A stretch of DNA of 64,000 nt from Phoronis australis (lineage: Eukaryota; Animalia; Phoronida), in the NCBI GenBank assembly GCA_002633005.1, contig NMRA01000408.1, positions 124,001-188,000 of the forward strand, read 5' to 3'. Positions within the stretch are counted from its first letter, which is position 1; each line of letters starts with the position of its first letter. This document shows, piece after piece, positions 12,762 to 24,878 of the stretch. The position numbers were made by a program, and so were the translations under genes. Under the pieces are notes generated by a model, which saw only the letters and a program-made list of their open reading frames with translations, was not told the DNA's origin and searched no databases.

Positions 12762-15700
12762 ATGCCAAGCAGCGGCTCAAACCTTTCCTACAGTGTAATT
12801 GTCTTCTACTTTCTTCATTTTTATGAAATTTACGCCGGCACCAGTAAGTATAGAATTTCTTTTAGGACGTCATGTGAGTAGTTACGAGTAAATCCCAATC
12901 AAGGTCAATACAAGAGAATTGACTGGTCATTACAAGAGAATTGACTGCGTAGTGCACGTACACCTTTGTAGAGTACATATCTTTAACCTCTGTGCTTGTA
13001 ACTATTGCCTACAAGTTCTTGTATCTACTGGTATTCTCATGAACAAGTATCATAAATGCAGCTAGTCTGACAAAAAACAATGGATATTATATCAAATTTG
13101 TGGCCAATAGAATGCCACACAGGACTTAGCCAGTAAGCTAGAAGACACGTCATGTGACAACTGATGTTCCAAAGGCAGATGTTCTATCTCTCAAGACAAC
13201 TTGCAGTAAACCAACAAATAATGATAGCGCATAACTTTATTTCTGTTTCTGTTGACAAAGGACGTTATTACATCCGAAAATTTCAGTTGATCCACTCTTG
13301 TTGTTTTATTTACCTATTTATATTCTACACTTCGTGAAACAATAGTATCCTTGGGAGGATCTGGATCGCCTTATTTAGTTTCAGATTTATTTTCTACTTA
13401 ACTTAAAATTTGATCTTGATTGGGTGTACATAATTACGTATTGTATGTACCCCCGAACAGTATCATTTGTTTACTGTTTACAAGTTGAACACTGAACCTA
13501 GCATTGGTTTATCTATTTTGAACGACTGGCGAATGTATGGAAAATTAAGCAAATAGCACCAATAAAGTTTTTGAAAAAAAATGCTTATTGGTTTTTTTTG
13601 GAAATAAGAATCATATTCCAAGAGAAAAAGTTCTCATTATACAGTAATGCACCGTCATTTAGAAAAATTTGGTGAGCACGGTAATAGTTTTTCTTAGTTT
13701 AGTATGTCATGCTTCATTGAATTTTTTTTTCTGTAGTCTCGGTGAAGGTATAGTATAAGTAGACTTATACCCTATGTCATACTTCTTCAATTTAATCAGG
13801 AAATTTATGAATTAATAGCTAACCGTATGAATTTATTCGCCCGATACAAGTGGGCTGTTACCACAAGTTGTAGTGTACCTACCCTTTTATACAACTGTGA
13901 TGCATCAGGCCATAAAATTTTATTCGGTGGTTTTTGTACAAAAATATTTTAGACTACAAACATGGAATGATGGTATTTCAAGATGTCTCAGCTTTCATAA
14001 TTTTATGACAACCTTAATGCTTCATCAAAGTGGCCACCGCATAAATATAGACCTTGATTGTGATTTACCCGTTACTTTTCAGCAAATCTACCACAGTGTT
14101 AATGTAAATATAGTCTAGCGTAACTGTTGCCATTTTCACACTTTTTCACAATTTGTTGTACTTCCACATCAATTTTGTTATAGTTCTAGAGAAAATTTCT
14201 CAATGTATTTTCCTGAGCTTTCAAAAAAAAAACTGCAAACAACTCACGTGGCTCCCGAAATTGTACACCCACGATCGACCCAGCCTGCACAACTTAACGT
14301 ATCCGAAAGCAAGTCTTTAGAAATAGGAGTGGTATCTTGACGTACTCATTTAATTAATCAAACTTTTGTACCAAGCCCGTAGCCAGGGGGGGGGGNTCCC
14401 AATCAAGGTCAATACAAGAGAATTGACTGGTCATTACAAGAGAATTGACTGCGTAGTGCACGTACACCTTTGTAGAGTACATATCTTTAACCTCTGTGCT
14501 TGTAACTATTGCCTACAAGTTCTTGTATCTACTGGTATTCTCAAGAACAAGTATCATAAATGCAGCTAGTCTGACAAAAAACGATGGATATTATATCAAA
14601 TTTGTGGCCAATAGAATGCCACACAGGACTTAGCCAGTAAGCTAGAAGACACGTCATGTGACAACTGATGTTCCAAAGGCAAATGTTCTATCTCTCAAGA
14701 CAACTTGCAGTAAACCATCAAATAATGATAGTGCATAACTCAGACCATCTGAGAGACATTTGTAACTTTATTTCTGTTTCTGTTGACAAAGGACGTTATT
14801 ACATCCGAAAATTTCAGTTGATCCATTCTTGTTGTTTTATTTACCTACTTATATCCTACATTTCGTGAAACAATAGTATCCTTGGGAGGATCTGGATCGC
14901 CTTATTTAGTTTCAGATTTATTTTCTACTTAACTTAAAATTTGATCTTGATTAGGTGTACATAATTACGTATTGTATGTACCCCCCGAACAGTATCATTT
15001 GTTTACTGTTTACAAGTTGAACACTTTACCTAGCATTGGCGAATGTATGGCAAACTAGGTAAATAGCACCAATAAAGTTTTTGAAAAAAGTTGCTTATCG
15101 TTTTTGTTTTGGAAATAAGAATCATATTCCAAGTTCTCATTATACAGTAATGCATCGTCATTTAGAAAAACTTGGTGAGCACGGTAATAGTTTTTCTTAG
15201 TTTAGTATGTCATACTTCATTGAAAAAGGTTTTTCTGTAGTCTCGGTGAAGGCATAGTATAAGTAGACTTATACCCTATGTCATACTTCTTCAATTTAAT
15301 CAGGAAATTTATGAATTAATAGCTAACTGTATGAATTTATTCGCCCGATACAAGAGAGCTGTTACCACAAGTTGTAGTGTACCTACCCTTTTATACAACT
15401 GTGATGCATCAGGTCATAAAATTTTATTCGGTGGTTTTTGTACAAAAATATTTTAGACTACAAACATGGAATGATGGTATTTCAAGATGTCTCAGCTTTC
15501 ATAATTTTATGACAACCTTAATGTTTCATCAAAGTGGCCACCGCATAAATATGGACCTTGATTGTGATTTACCCGTTACTTTTCAGCAAATCTACCAACA
15601 GTGTTAATGTAAATATAGCCTAGCGTAAGTGTTGCCATTTTCAACACTTTTTCACAATTTGTTGTACTTCCACATCAATTTTGTTATAGTTCTAGAGAAA

Positions 15701-18522
15701 ATTTCTCAATGTATTTTCCTGAGCTTTCAAAAAAAAAAACTGCAAACAACTCACGTGGCTCCCGAAATTGTGCACCCACGATCGACCCAGCCTGCACAAC
15801 TTCACGTATCCGAAAGCAAGTCTTTAGAAATAGGAGTGGTATCTTGACGTACTCATTTAATTAATCAAACTTTTGTACCAGGCCCGTAGCCAGGGGGGGG
15901 GGTTTGGGGGTTTGATCGAACCTCCCGCGGAAAAGGTCCAACCTCAGCATATTTTTATATAAGGATATAGATGGGCAACAACGACAAAATTGTTGCAGCT
16001 ACTGGTACTCCTAACTACAATGAAAACTAAGTTAGTAATAATTTTGAAATTGCTTCCGATTCAAAGCGCTTCACGTAGCATCGGGCCGTACCCGGCCAAC
16101 TTCGTCCGAGTGGTGTTTGTGTAGATGACAGGAAATCGTGCAAACGATAAGAGGAGGCTTGATCAGCATTAAACGCGTGTGGTGGCAGCACCAAAGGGTA
16201 ACAAGGGAATCTAAAAGTGAATGTCTGTACCTACTGCAGGCATGTATGTCTAGCCCTATGACCTAAGTAGACTATGTAGCAACGAGAGAGCTGCCTTCCA
16301 AAAAGTAGTGCGATGTGAATGCCTTAAAATCGGCCAAGAAACAAAGCAGCGGGAATTTGAGATTTGTTAATCAGCTATTTTGGTTTAATTGCTAGTGTAG
16401 TACGGTAAAGTGTACGCGTTTTCAAATTTTGAATTTAAAGTGATCGTCAAATATGCAAATATGTTGTTCATCCCGGTGGATTGACATGCATGCGTGTACA
16501 CGTGTGTGTTTTCCGCTCTTTCTGTGCAGGCCCAAATTTTTCAAAACGCCCCAAATTGTCCCAACTTCAAAATTGTGATAATTTGTGTCAGTACTGTAGG
16601 CCCAAATTGTCACAACAATATTTGCTTGTGACAATTTGGGCCCGCAACCCTGACCCAAATTTTTACCATCTTGAAGTTGTGACAAGTTGGGACGTTGTAA
16701 CTATTTTGGCCTCCACACGGTGCGCTTGGCAGGGAAGTCTGTTCAGCTAGTCGAAGGTTATTGTGTGAAAGTTATTTTTTCGCCATATTCAGCAACAAGA
16801 CAGAGCTCGTAAAGATTAAAATATATTAGTGAAGCGTATTTTGGTTGCATCTCAATATTTAAGGTGATTATTAGACAGTTGAAATTTTCACATAACATGC
16901 ATGTTCGCTTTTTATTTTCCAACCTCAAGGATCTTGCCACGTATACCTTTCTACAAAACAAAAGACCCATTTTGGCTCCAGACAAAGGCTAATCACTGGG
17001 GAAAGCGACAGACTTGAGCGTGGTCGTAGATATCAAGTGAGCCATAATGGTTACCTGTATTTCACCTGTGTGGAGGGTTACGAGTGGCCCCAGCACGTAC
17101 GTCTGGCTACTAACATGACACTGACTGTGGCATCCAAGTGTATCGACGGCCAACTTCAAGTCCCGACATCATGTACGTAAACGAGGTATTGCACTTTTTA
17201 CACATCCATACAAGCAGCGCAAGATAAGTGATCAACAGCAGTTAACGAAGTGCTCTAACACGAGTGAACATGGGCTAAATGCTAATTTACAAATGGTCTT
17301 GGCAAAGTTAAATCAGCGGAAACTTGTGATCGGCTATTTCTGGAATCGTAGTTATACATGTAGAAGTACCCGATGCAAGGCATACGTCTAGCTCTTCAAT
17401 TGTTGTTGCAATTCTTGAGTTGTGAAGGCAAAAGTTTGCCGTGAGGGCCTGAAAATCAGCATAATTTTTTTGGTAAATGTACAAACGTTGACTGTCTGAG
17501 GAATTAATAGCAATAAACTAAAAACTCGTCTGCTGAAATTTGAAAAACTGTTAAATAAAATTATGAGATTAACATTTTACCATTAATTTCCAATCTTACA
17601 ACACTTGTTAATGCATTTTGGATTCCATCTCTGTCTAAATTTTTTTGTTTTATATTGCCTTCTTATTCAAATGACTAATCGAAGGTGTATGTAGAAAATA
17701 TTTCGCCACTGTAGAAACAGTTTTGCTCTTTCATATCTCTATAGTCTTCCAGGGTAGACATTATATCAAGTCAAGATTTCGATTGGGCCACTAACTTCAT
17801 CAAAGAAATGTCGTTTGTTTGCCTCAGACAAAAAGTTCCAGTAAAGAACTGGCTGTTTGTTCAAAACAAAGAGAAATTTACGTTTGAAAATAGTTTATCT
17901 GAGTAGTAGACATAGTACGGGTAGGTGAGGACATTCAAAGGAAACACATTTCAATCAGTTTTCTTTTCCAGGTGTGCGTAAATTTCCGATGTGGGTGATT
18001 GCAATTATTGGGGCAATCGTTGGATTTTTCGGGGTCGTATTATTTGGCGTCTTGTTTTACAAAAGGTGTAAAAGGAAGAACTCGCTGGAGTCAACCTCAT
18101 CAATAGCGGGCCCGCCTGGATTTAAGGAATTGATGGAGAAGAAGGCGCTTGAAGGTAAAAGGTCGTCCTTAGACACCACTATAGCTGAAGGAACTACTTC
18201 TTCGCTAAGCTCGTCATCGGAGTACTCTCTGAGTTCTGGACAATCTTCACACTCGCTTACACCGGATTCATCAAAACCATCCCTTTTGTCTAATGCTTCA
18301 GCACAAACCCTGGCACCAAAAGTGTCGGGCCAAGCGCTTGACTCCAAGTCAGGGGAGAAAGGAGAGAAACAGGAAACGAAAAAAGAAGACGATGCAAAAA
18401 TCGCCATTGGTGACGTCAACACTGCGGCATTGTTTCACGATGAGATTAAGCGAGGCAAAGAATTACAAAAACAAAAACAGACGAGTAAGATGCCGCAAGA
18501 CGATAAAAATATTGCGGCGTAG
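12762..18522 (+). CDS. Uncharacterised single sushi/CCP-domain type I transmembrane protein (~291 aa)
   Basis: Exons 12762-12843 (MPSSGSNLSYSVIVFYFLHFYEIYAGT, signal-peptide-like, A|gtaagt), 16930-17172 (243 nt, phase 1-1; SCHVY..RYQVSHNGYLYFTCVEGY..SKCIDGQLQVPTS) and 17972-18522 (C-VRKFPMW, TM helix VIAIIGAIVGFFGVVLFGVLFY, KRCKRK stop-transfer, Ser-rich tail). The fourth sushi Cys is formed across the exon 2/3 junction (T|GT). Exon 1 is the least certain. Confidence 0.7.
12893..15902. repeat. ~1.5 kb direct duplication separated by a single N (14396)
   Basis: 12893-14395 and 14397-~15902 both begin TCCCAATCAAGGTCAATACAAG and end at GCCCGTAGCCAGGGGGGG; they differ by substitutions and small indels. 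Confidence 0.95.
16523..16717. mobile_element. Small MITE-like element
   Basis: Imperfect inverted termini TGTGCAGGCCCAAAT / ATTTTGGCCTCCACA with internal repeats of CCCAAATTGTC and its reverse complement GACAATTTGGG. Confidence 0.5.
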
Positions 18523-21377
18523 TGTCTAAGAATGAGAATTGTGACTTATATTGAAATCTGTTCAGAAACGGTTCGTCACGCCATTTAATTGTCGTTTTTT
18601 GTATGCCACAATACAATCATGATTTATGCGAGAATTATCACAGTATCTTGTCAGGTGTACGTTATTATCATTTTGCCGAACATCTTGTGACTTATTACAA
18701 GGTTCAAATTAAACTGACACGTTTGTATGTTTTTACATCAAAAGGAATCTTGTTAGCGTTTGATTCGGGTACAATATCCACCCTGAAAAAAAACGTGGTA
18801 TCTCTGCATACTCTAACAATTATCGCCGACCTCGTTATTACGGGAGCCCTATTATTGTTGCTCGTAAATTTCAAGCGGCTTTGGGAAAGATGGAACCATG
18901 CTGGTGATCCAAATGCAGAATGCTCAGCAACATTGTACCGGGAGAAGCTAGTGGACGTGACAACGAACACCGAACTGCATTTGCCAACGTTGGTTCGGTA
19001 GGAAAAGCTCAACAATTAAAAGAAACGAGTTACTGATATGTCCATAATAAGGAATCCGATCGACCATTGACGTCAGCAACATCTCAGCTTTCGCCGCGTC
19101 TAAGCTTGTCCCTATATTCCCAGGGCCCTGCGCCTCATCTATCCCCAATCTTTTAGGGCCGCAGGGAGCTTGGGGGTCACGTACCTCGCTCAATGATTTT
19201 CAGCTGTCAGGGTTAAACAGTGGCAGAGAAACATGGAGGAAATAAAAAATTCAAGAGAATATTTGTCTCAAGTACCAGTGCTCGATTTACCCATTGAGGA
19301 ACCTGACCAGGGTACTTTTGGTAGGCGGTCCCATATCTGCAGCATATGTTGTCTGAACGCACTTGAAAACGGCAAGATTGATTAGCGAGGTTAATAAATA
19401 GTTTACACTTTTTAATTTAGGTACGTAACATTCACCTATCTGAACATGGCCAGAAATACAATTACCCACTCAATGATGAGTGCCTTTTTCGATTTAATTC
19501 CGTACAAAGGGTTCACTTTAGGAATATAAATGTCAACAAGTTTCCTTTTCCCTTCAACACAAAACAGAGTACTTAAATATGAGTGATATCACATAGTGGT
19601 TCCACTCAAAATATTATGTCTATTTTCAAAAAGTTGGTTGCAATTATTGAAAATACAACTGTTAAAACACTAAACAGATACGGATAGTTACCTTAATTAA
19701 ACCCTGTCAAAGGGGTGTATTTCTAAAACAAAAATTCCACTAAAACGGAATTATATCAGGAATTTTTTACAAATGGGTACTTTTTGAGTCCACTCTCTAA
19801 ATGGATACGTATCATTGTTAACTTCCAGTGTAACCCCTGCCGGTGTCCCATTTGGGCCTAGCCAAATTTGTAGATCTGTTTTGGAGTTGATATTAGGTTT
19901 TTCATGTTCTACTTTTTCATTATTTAGGGTTTTATAGCAGCTAAAATGATGTTTTTGTTGATGTATGCCATAGCTGATGGAAACTGAAAGTCGAGAGTGG
20001 GGTCGACAGAAGGGCCATACAGTTGCCAACGCATCTAATGAATAACGGTCGACTTTTGAGAAACTAGGGGCCGGTTTGCACATGTCAAAGAATTTTGAGT
20101 GGATGATCTAAAATTAGTATGCATTTTATAAAATTTTAATCAATTATAGCTTGGGGCGTCCTTAGAACGGTAAGGTTTTCACGACAACAAGGCCAATCTA
20201 ACGTCTGAAAAGAAAACAGGTCAGATGTTAGACAGGCGTTCGCATATGAAATTTCAAGTATTCAGAAAGCGGATCAAACATGCGACTTGCCTGCTGATCG
20301 GACAAGTTATGAACGCAGAATAAAACGGGACTCGAGCTTTTCCATACCACGATAGAAGAGGGTTCACCCAATACCATCGAGATCTTGGACAATGCCATCA
20401 ATTTTGAAAAGGTAGGTTGAACCTTCTTTGTAAGACGTTTCACTTTCTAAGCTGCTTTGTTAATAAAGGGATATTTCCTACGCACTTATATAATCCAAAG
20501 ATAGAAGACCTGAAACAACTTATTAACTCTAATAATCTGGCTTCAACGTTCTCTCTGCCTCGGTCGGACAATTGCGTGTAATTTGTTCCACCACAATTCG
20601 AGGTTAGATTCCATCTTCTGTTAGCATGGGTACAATTTTGGAAAAGTTGACAATAACGCGAAACAGCAGTGATGCAATATTAGGGACTTAAAGAATAAAA
20701 CTGAACTCAAACGGACGGGACTCCTTATTATCTTCGATTTGAACAAATTATTCTCCGCGCATACTTTGTGGACAATGAGTAAATACGAAAGTTAAAGCCG
20801 GGTCGTTAATGAAAATGCGTTGATCGAAATTTCGGAATTTTGATGCGATCAGATATTCCAACTGTTCCGAGTTAGTGTGCTGGCAACTACCCTCTATAAC
20901 GACGAGATTGCGTTATGCATGCCTCTAAAAACGGACGATTTTGGTACTATTTTTACTGACTCATAACCCGCCGAATGATCTTCCTTGACTAGTCAATTTT
21001 CACCCGGACATGCTGTGTCTAGGTGACTGTGTAACTTAGCTTGTAGTATCAGTCTAGATAGGTGGTAAGAGAGAAGTGCCTCATTAATCTCTGAGTTAGA
21101 GAGCACTCAACGCACTTTCGGCTAAGCTTAAGCACACTTAAAATAAACTTTAAAGCTGCCCTTTCATTTATTTTGCCTGTCCTCGTGCAATTTACATTCA
21201 ATATGTTTGCACAGAAGAGACTTGATGGTTGCGAAACATACACGGAAGTGCAGCCTATTTTATGATAAAAAGCGTTAAAAGTGTTAAAAACAGGCGCTCA
21301 AAATTGAGCTTGTACTTCAGTGCGTCAGTCGTGGAATCTGGAATAGGTGTTCTCGTCTTCACAAGCACTACAACACA

Positions 21378-24345
21378 TCAAATGTCGCAATCGTGAGGCG
21401 AAACTTTGCGCCTGAATCGTGATTTCAAACGCTTGAAAGGTCCTTCGCGTTTTACGGTATTTGGTTTATTCGTAAAATCACTTCTGTGGCCGTCCTCTGA
21501 AACAGAAGAAATGGCATCAAGAGGCACATGCACAAACGTCTTGACGTCTTCTGAACGAATGCCATCAATGATGTATGGCTTGTTGCTACTTTGCAATCTT
21601 GGTTTAGTTTTCCCGTCGTATTCAGTGTCTATTGAATTGTCTTCAGCAGCAAAACAAGAATCATCCCGAGGCAACGTCGCAAAAGGAAAGGATCTGTCGT
21701 CCTCTAGGCGAGCATTCTCAACCTCCCCTGGTTCGTTCTTAGCTTGAAAATTTGTGACATTGATCTCAACCTTACTGATTACGGATATGTCAATTACCTT
21801 TGGAAAATCCAACGTCGCAAACGAAATGTGATTGTGAGGCCAGGTGGTGACTCTAGAAGGGTTAACGTCGTCCAGTCGCACATCTTCACGGTTGTTCGGC
21901 AGATCACCGCTCTGAAACTTCACCTTGTCCTTCTCACCAGTTTCAGTTATGAATGTGTTCGCTAAAAGATTTGTTGTATGAGACGAAATGACATCTTCGG
22001 ATAACTTGGCGAAACTGTTCAGATTTGCATATTCTGGGCTTATACGTTTGAGGCTGGCTGATTTGTTGCACAAAGGTTCAGATGCGGAGTGTCGCGTGTC
22101 CTGTGTAGAAGTTTCCCCAAACGCAGAGGAAACTGTATGCTCAGTCGAATCATTGAAATCAGACAGTGTGACGTCTTCTAAGTGGCCACTTCCAACAGAT
22201 TTACTTTCGTATTTTAGGACTATCGCCTTGCTATCAGCATTGCCAGTTAACTCAGCAATATCTGACGAGTGAGTGACTTCCTGTCGAACATCTTCAACGT
22301 CGCCTGGCTTGTTTCTACTTTCCAGTTTATCGACTTTTCTCCCTCCAGTATCAATAACGCATGCAGAACTACGGAAAATGGTTTCTGAAGCGTCTATTTT
22401 AAGAGAGGAAATTACAACATAAGGCAACTCATGGATCTCACACGGTTTGTCATCTTCTGCAGCAATATCTTCAATATTTCGTATTTCCATACAACTTTCT
22501 TCCTCGGGTATAATAATAGGAATTTGACTTGCCAGTAATTTTTGCAGATCCGTCTTTTCGTGGACGTTCTTTTTCCCCATTTCATGTTTGCCTCTGGAAA
22601 TGTGGTAAACTTCCTCCAAAACTGTAGACTCTGTCGACTTGGTGGCGCCTTCTAAGTGGTGACCTTCAACATCAGTTTTTCTTTTCGATTTCTGGACTTT
22701 CTCCATGCCATCAGCAGCGTCAGCGATATGTGACGGTTGGATGACTTCCTGTCGAACATCATCAACGTCGCCTGGTTTAATCCTGCCATCCAATTTCACT
22801 ACGTCTCTCCTTCTGTCAGCAGGGTCACCAATCATCTGTTTGTCTACATCAGTGGTGGATTCATCTTCTTGCAGATTTTCTTCACTACACCCTCGTCTTT
22901 CTCTCTGGAAATGGGGTGCACTTTCTCCGAAACTAGACGCAGGCGACTTAGTGGCGTCTTCTGAATGGTGACCTTCAACAACGATTTTGTTTACGGATTT
23001 CAGGACTTTCTTTATACGATCAGCATCGTCATCGAACTCAGCAATCAGCGAAGTCCTGGAGTTGGATGTGGCGTCTTTTAAACGGTCATTTTGAACGGGT
23101 TTTCCATCGGATTTCAGGAATTTTTCTTTACTATTAGCATCATCAGCGAACCCAGCGATACCTGACGGTTGGATGACTTCCTGTAAAACATCGCTAGCGT
23201 CGCCTAGCTTGTTACTCCCGTTCAATTTCAGGACTTCTCTCTCTCTCTCCATCGTCAGGGTCACCAATAGGCTTTTTCTCTGCATTTGTTAGATCCTTCG
23301 TGTCATGGACGTTTGTTATCCCATCTTTCTTTGTGGAAATGGAGCACACATCCTCCGAAACTGTAGACTCAGTTGACTCAGTGACATCTGACGTTGTGAC
23401 GTCTTCTAAATGGTTGCTTCCAACAAATCTGCTTTCGGATTTCAGGACTTTCTCCATTCCATCAGCATCAGGAAAACAAGGGATACCGCACAGTTGCATG
23501 ACTTCCTGTCGAACATCGTTTCTACCTTCCAATTTCTGGATTTCTCCCCCTCCATCATCAGGGTTAACAAGAGGCCCTTTCGTTAAATTTGGCAGGTACG
23601 TCTTTGGATAGTCCGTCTTCCCCATTCCACCTTTCTTTGTGGAAATGGGGTACACTCTCTCCAAACCGGGAAACTCAACCGTCTTGGTGAAATAAGACGG
23701 TGTGGCTAAGTGGTCATTTTGAACGGGTTTGCTTTCGAGTTTCAGGACTTTTTCCTTACTATTAGCATCATCGGCGAACCCAGTTATACCTGACGATTGG
23801 ATGACACCCTGTTGAACACTTTCGACGTCGTCTGCTTTGTTTCTACCACTCAATGGGGCTATTCGGAGAATTCTCCTCGCGGTGTCGCTGCTGTACTAGT
23901 GGTGATTGAATTGCGCATGCGTGGCTGTCTGCATGTAAACAACTGGTAAAAGATGGAATTTTTATCAAAATACGTCGTCGCGCTAAGCCTTATTACTGCT
24001 TATTTCCCTGGTGCAAGTCTTCGACAGGTGGCCACAAATTCCCAAAAGACCTAAGGTTACTATATTCGTGGACAATTGCGGTCAACAGGGTCAACTGACT
24101 GACAAAAAGTGTGTGGATGCTGAAGCCCCGTGTGTGCTCCATGACTATGCAGTTCCATTCGGAGACTACACAACATTACTTGGTAAGTTTTTAGCAATCA
24201 ATTTCTATCAACATCGTTCGGTGACGTTATCCCCACCAGTTACCCCCACTGAATAACAGTTTTATTGAGTGGAACTAAGTGTTTCCTTTTGGAAACTCAC
24301 CCGATGCTGGGTAAGCTAGCAGCACATATTCATATTGTCCTGGGT
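21378..24345 (-). pseudogene. Disrupted large repeat-protein exon (ORFs 23853-23212 and 23285-21378) plus an upstream exon fragment
   Basis: The two overlapping ORFs share one repeat motif (KLxxxNKPGDVEDVRQEVIQ) and are offset at a (GA)7 run (~23236-23249). Candidate acceptor at 23942 with an in-frame TAG at 23898-23896; upstream exon fragment 24345-24301 (PGQYEYVLLAYPAS|gtgagt) abuts the N gap. Could instead be an intact gene with sequencing errors. Confidence 0.55.
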
Positions 24346-24878
24346 NCCATAAAAATAAGCTAAATGTAAAAGTGTGGAGAAACACTTCTCAGTGACCAAG
24401 CTTTTGAATACTTTGGTCGATCTCAAAATCTAGTGGTATAATGTAACAGCATTTTGGAGAGCAGTGAACAAAGCATAGTAACTGAAAATTTTATGTTAGT
24501 CCGACGAGCTAATTCTGAAATATGATGTTCCAAAGTTGGCCAATTGTTTGCGGGTACAACATACATATAGGAGAAAGTAACTGTTTTTGATGTTACATTT
24601 AGCAAACTACAGAACCCTGGTTGTCATGGAAACGTATTTTTGGTGATAATTACAGTTCCCCTGGTGTGTATTTACTATCCATGTTCAGGTTTTTTGTGTT
24701 TGCTCAATAAAAGTGAATGCAGAACCCAGGATCCCCTTTGGCGGAAGTTTACGTCACTTTCTACTCATGTTGACCAATGAAACAAAAAATAATACAGAAT
24801 ATCCCTACAAGATAACCAGGGAGCAGCATTTTTATGAATGAAGTTGCTTCTGCAATCCAAGTTGACCTTAAACCTCAC

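Noticed and set aside
12893-15902. 1.5 kb tandem duplication as a real segmental duplication
   Set aside because: The copies meet exactly at a single N after a poly-G run and differ at allele-like level; best explained as overlapping haplotype contigs. Read depth or long reads would decide.
16076-16240. Additional exon of the sushi-TM gene
   Set aside because: The candidate acceptors I tested give stops in phase 1 or lack a GT donor; exons 1 and 2 join correctly without it.
23953-24256. Plus-strand secreted-protein exon (MEFLSKYVVALSL.. / VTIFVDNCGQQ..|gtaagt)
   Set aside because: The signal-like part and the Cys-containing part are in different frames, the joining intron would be only 28 nt, and no downstream exon is visible before the gap.
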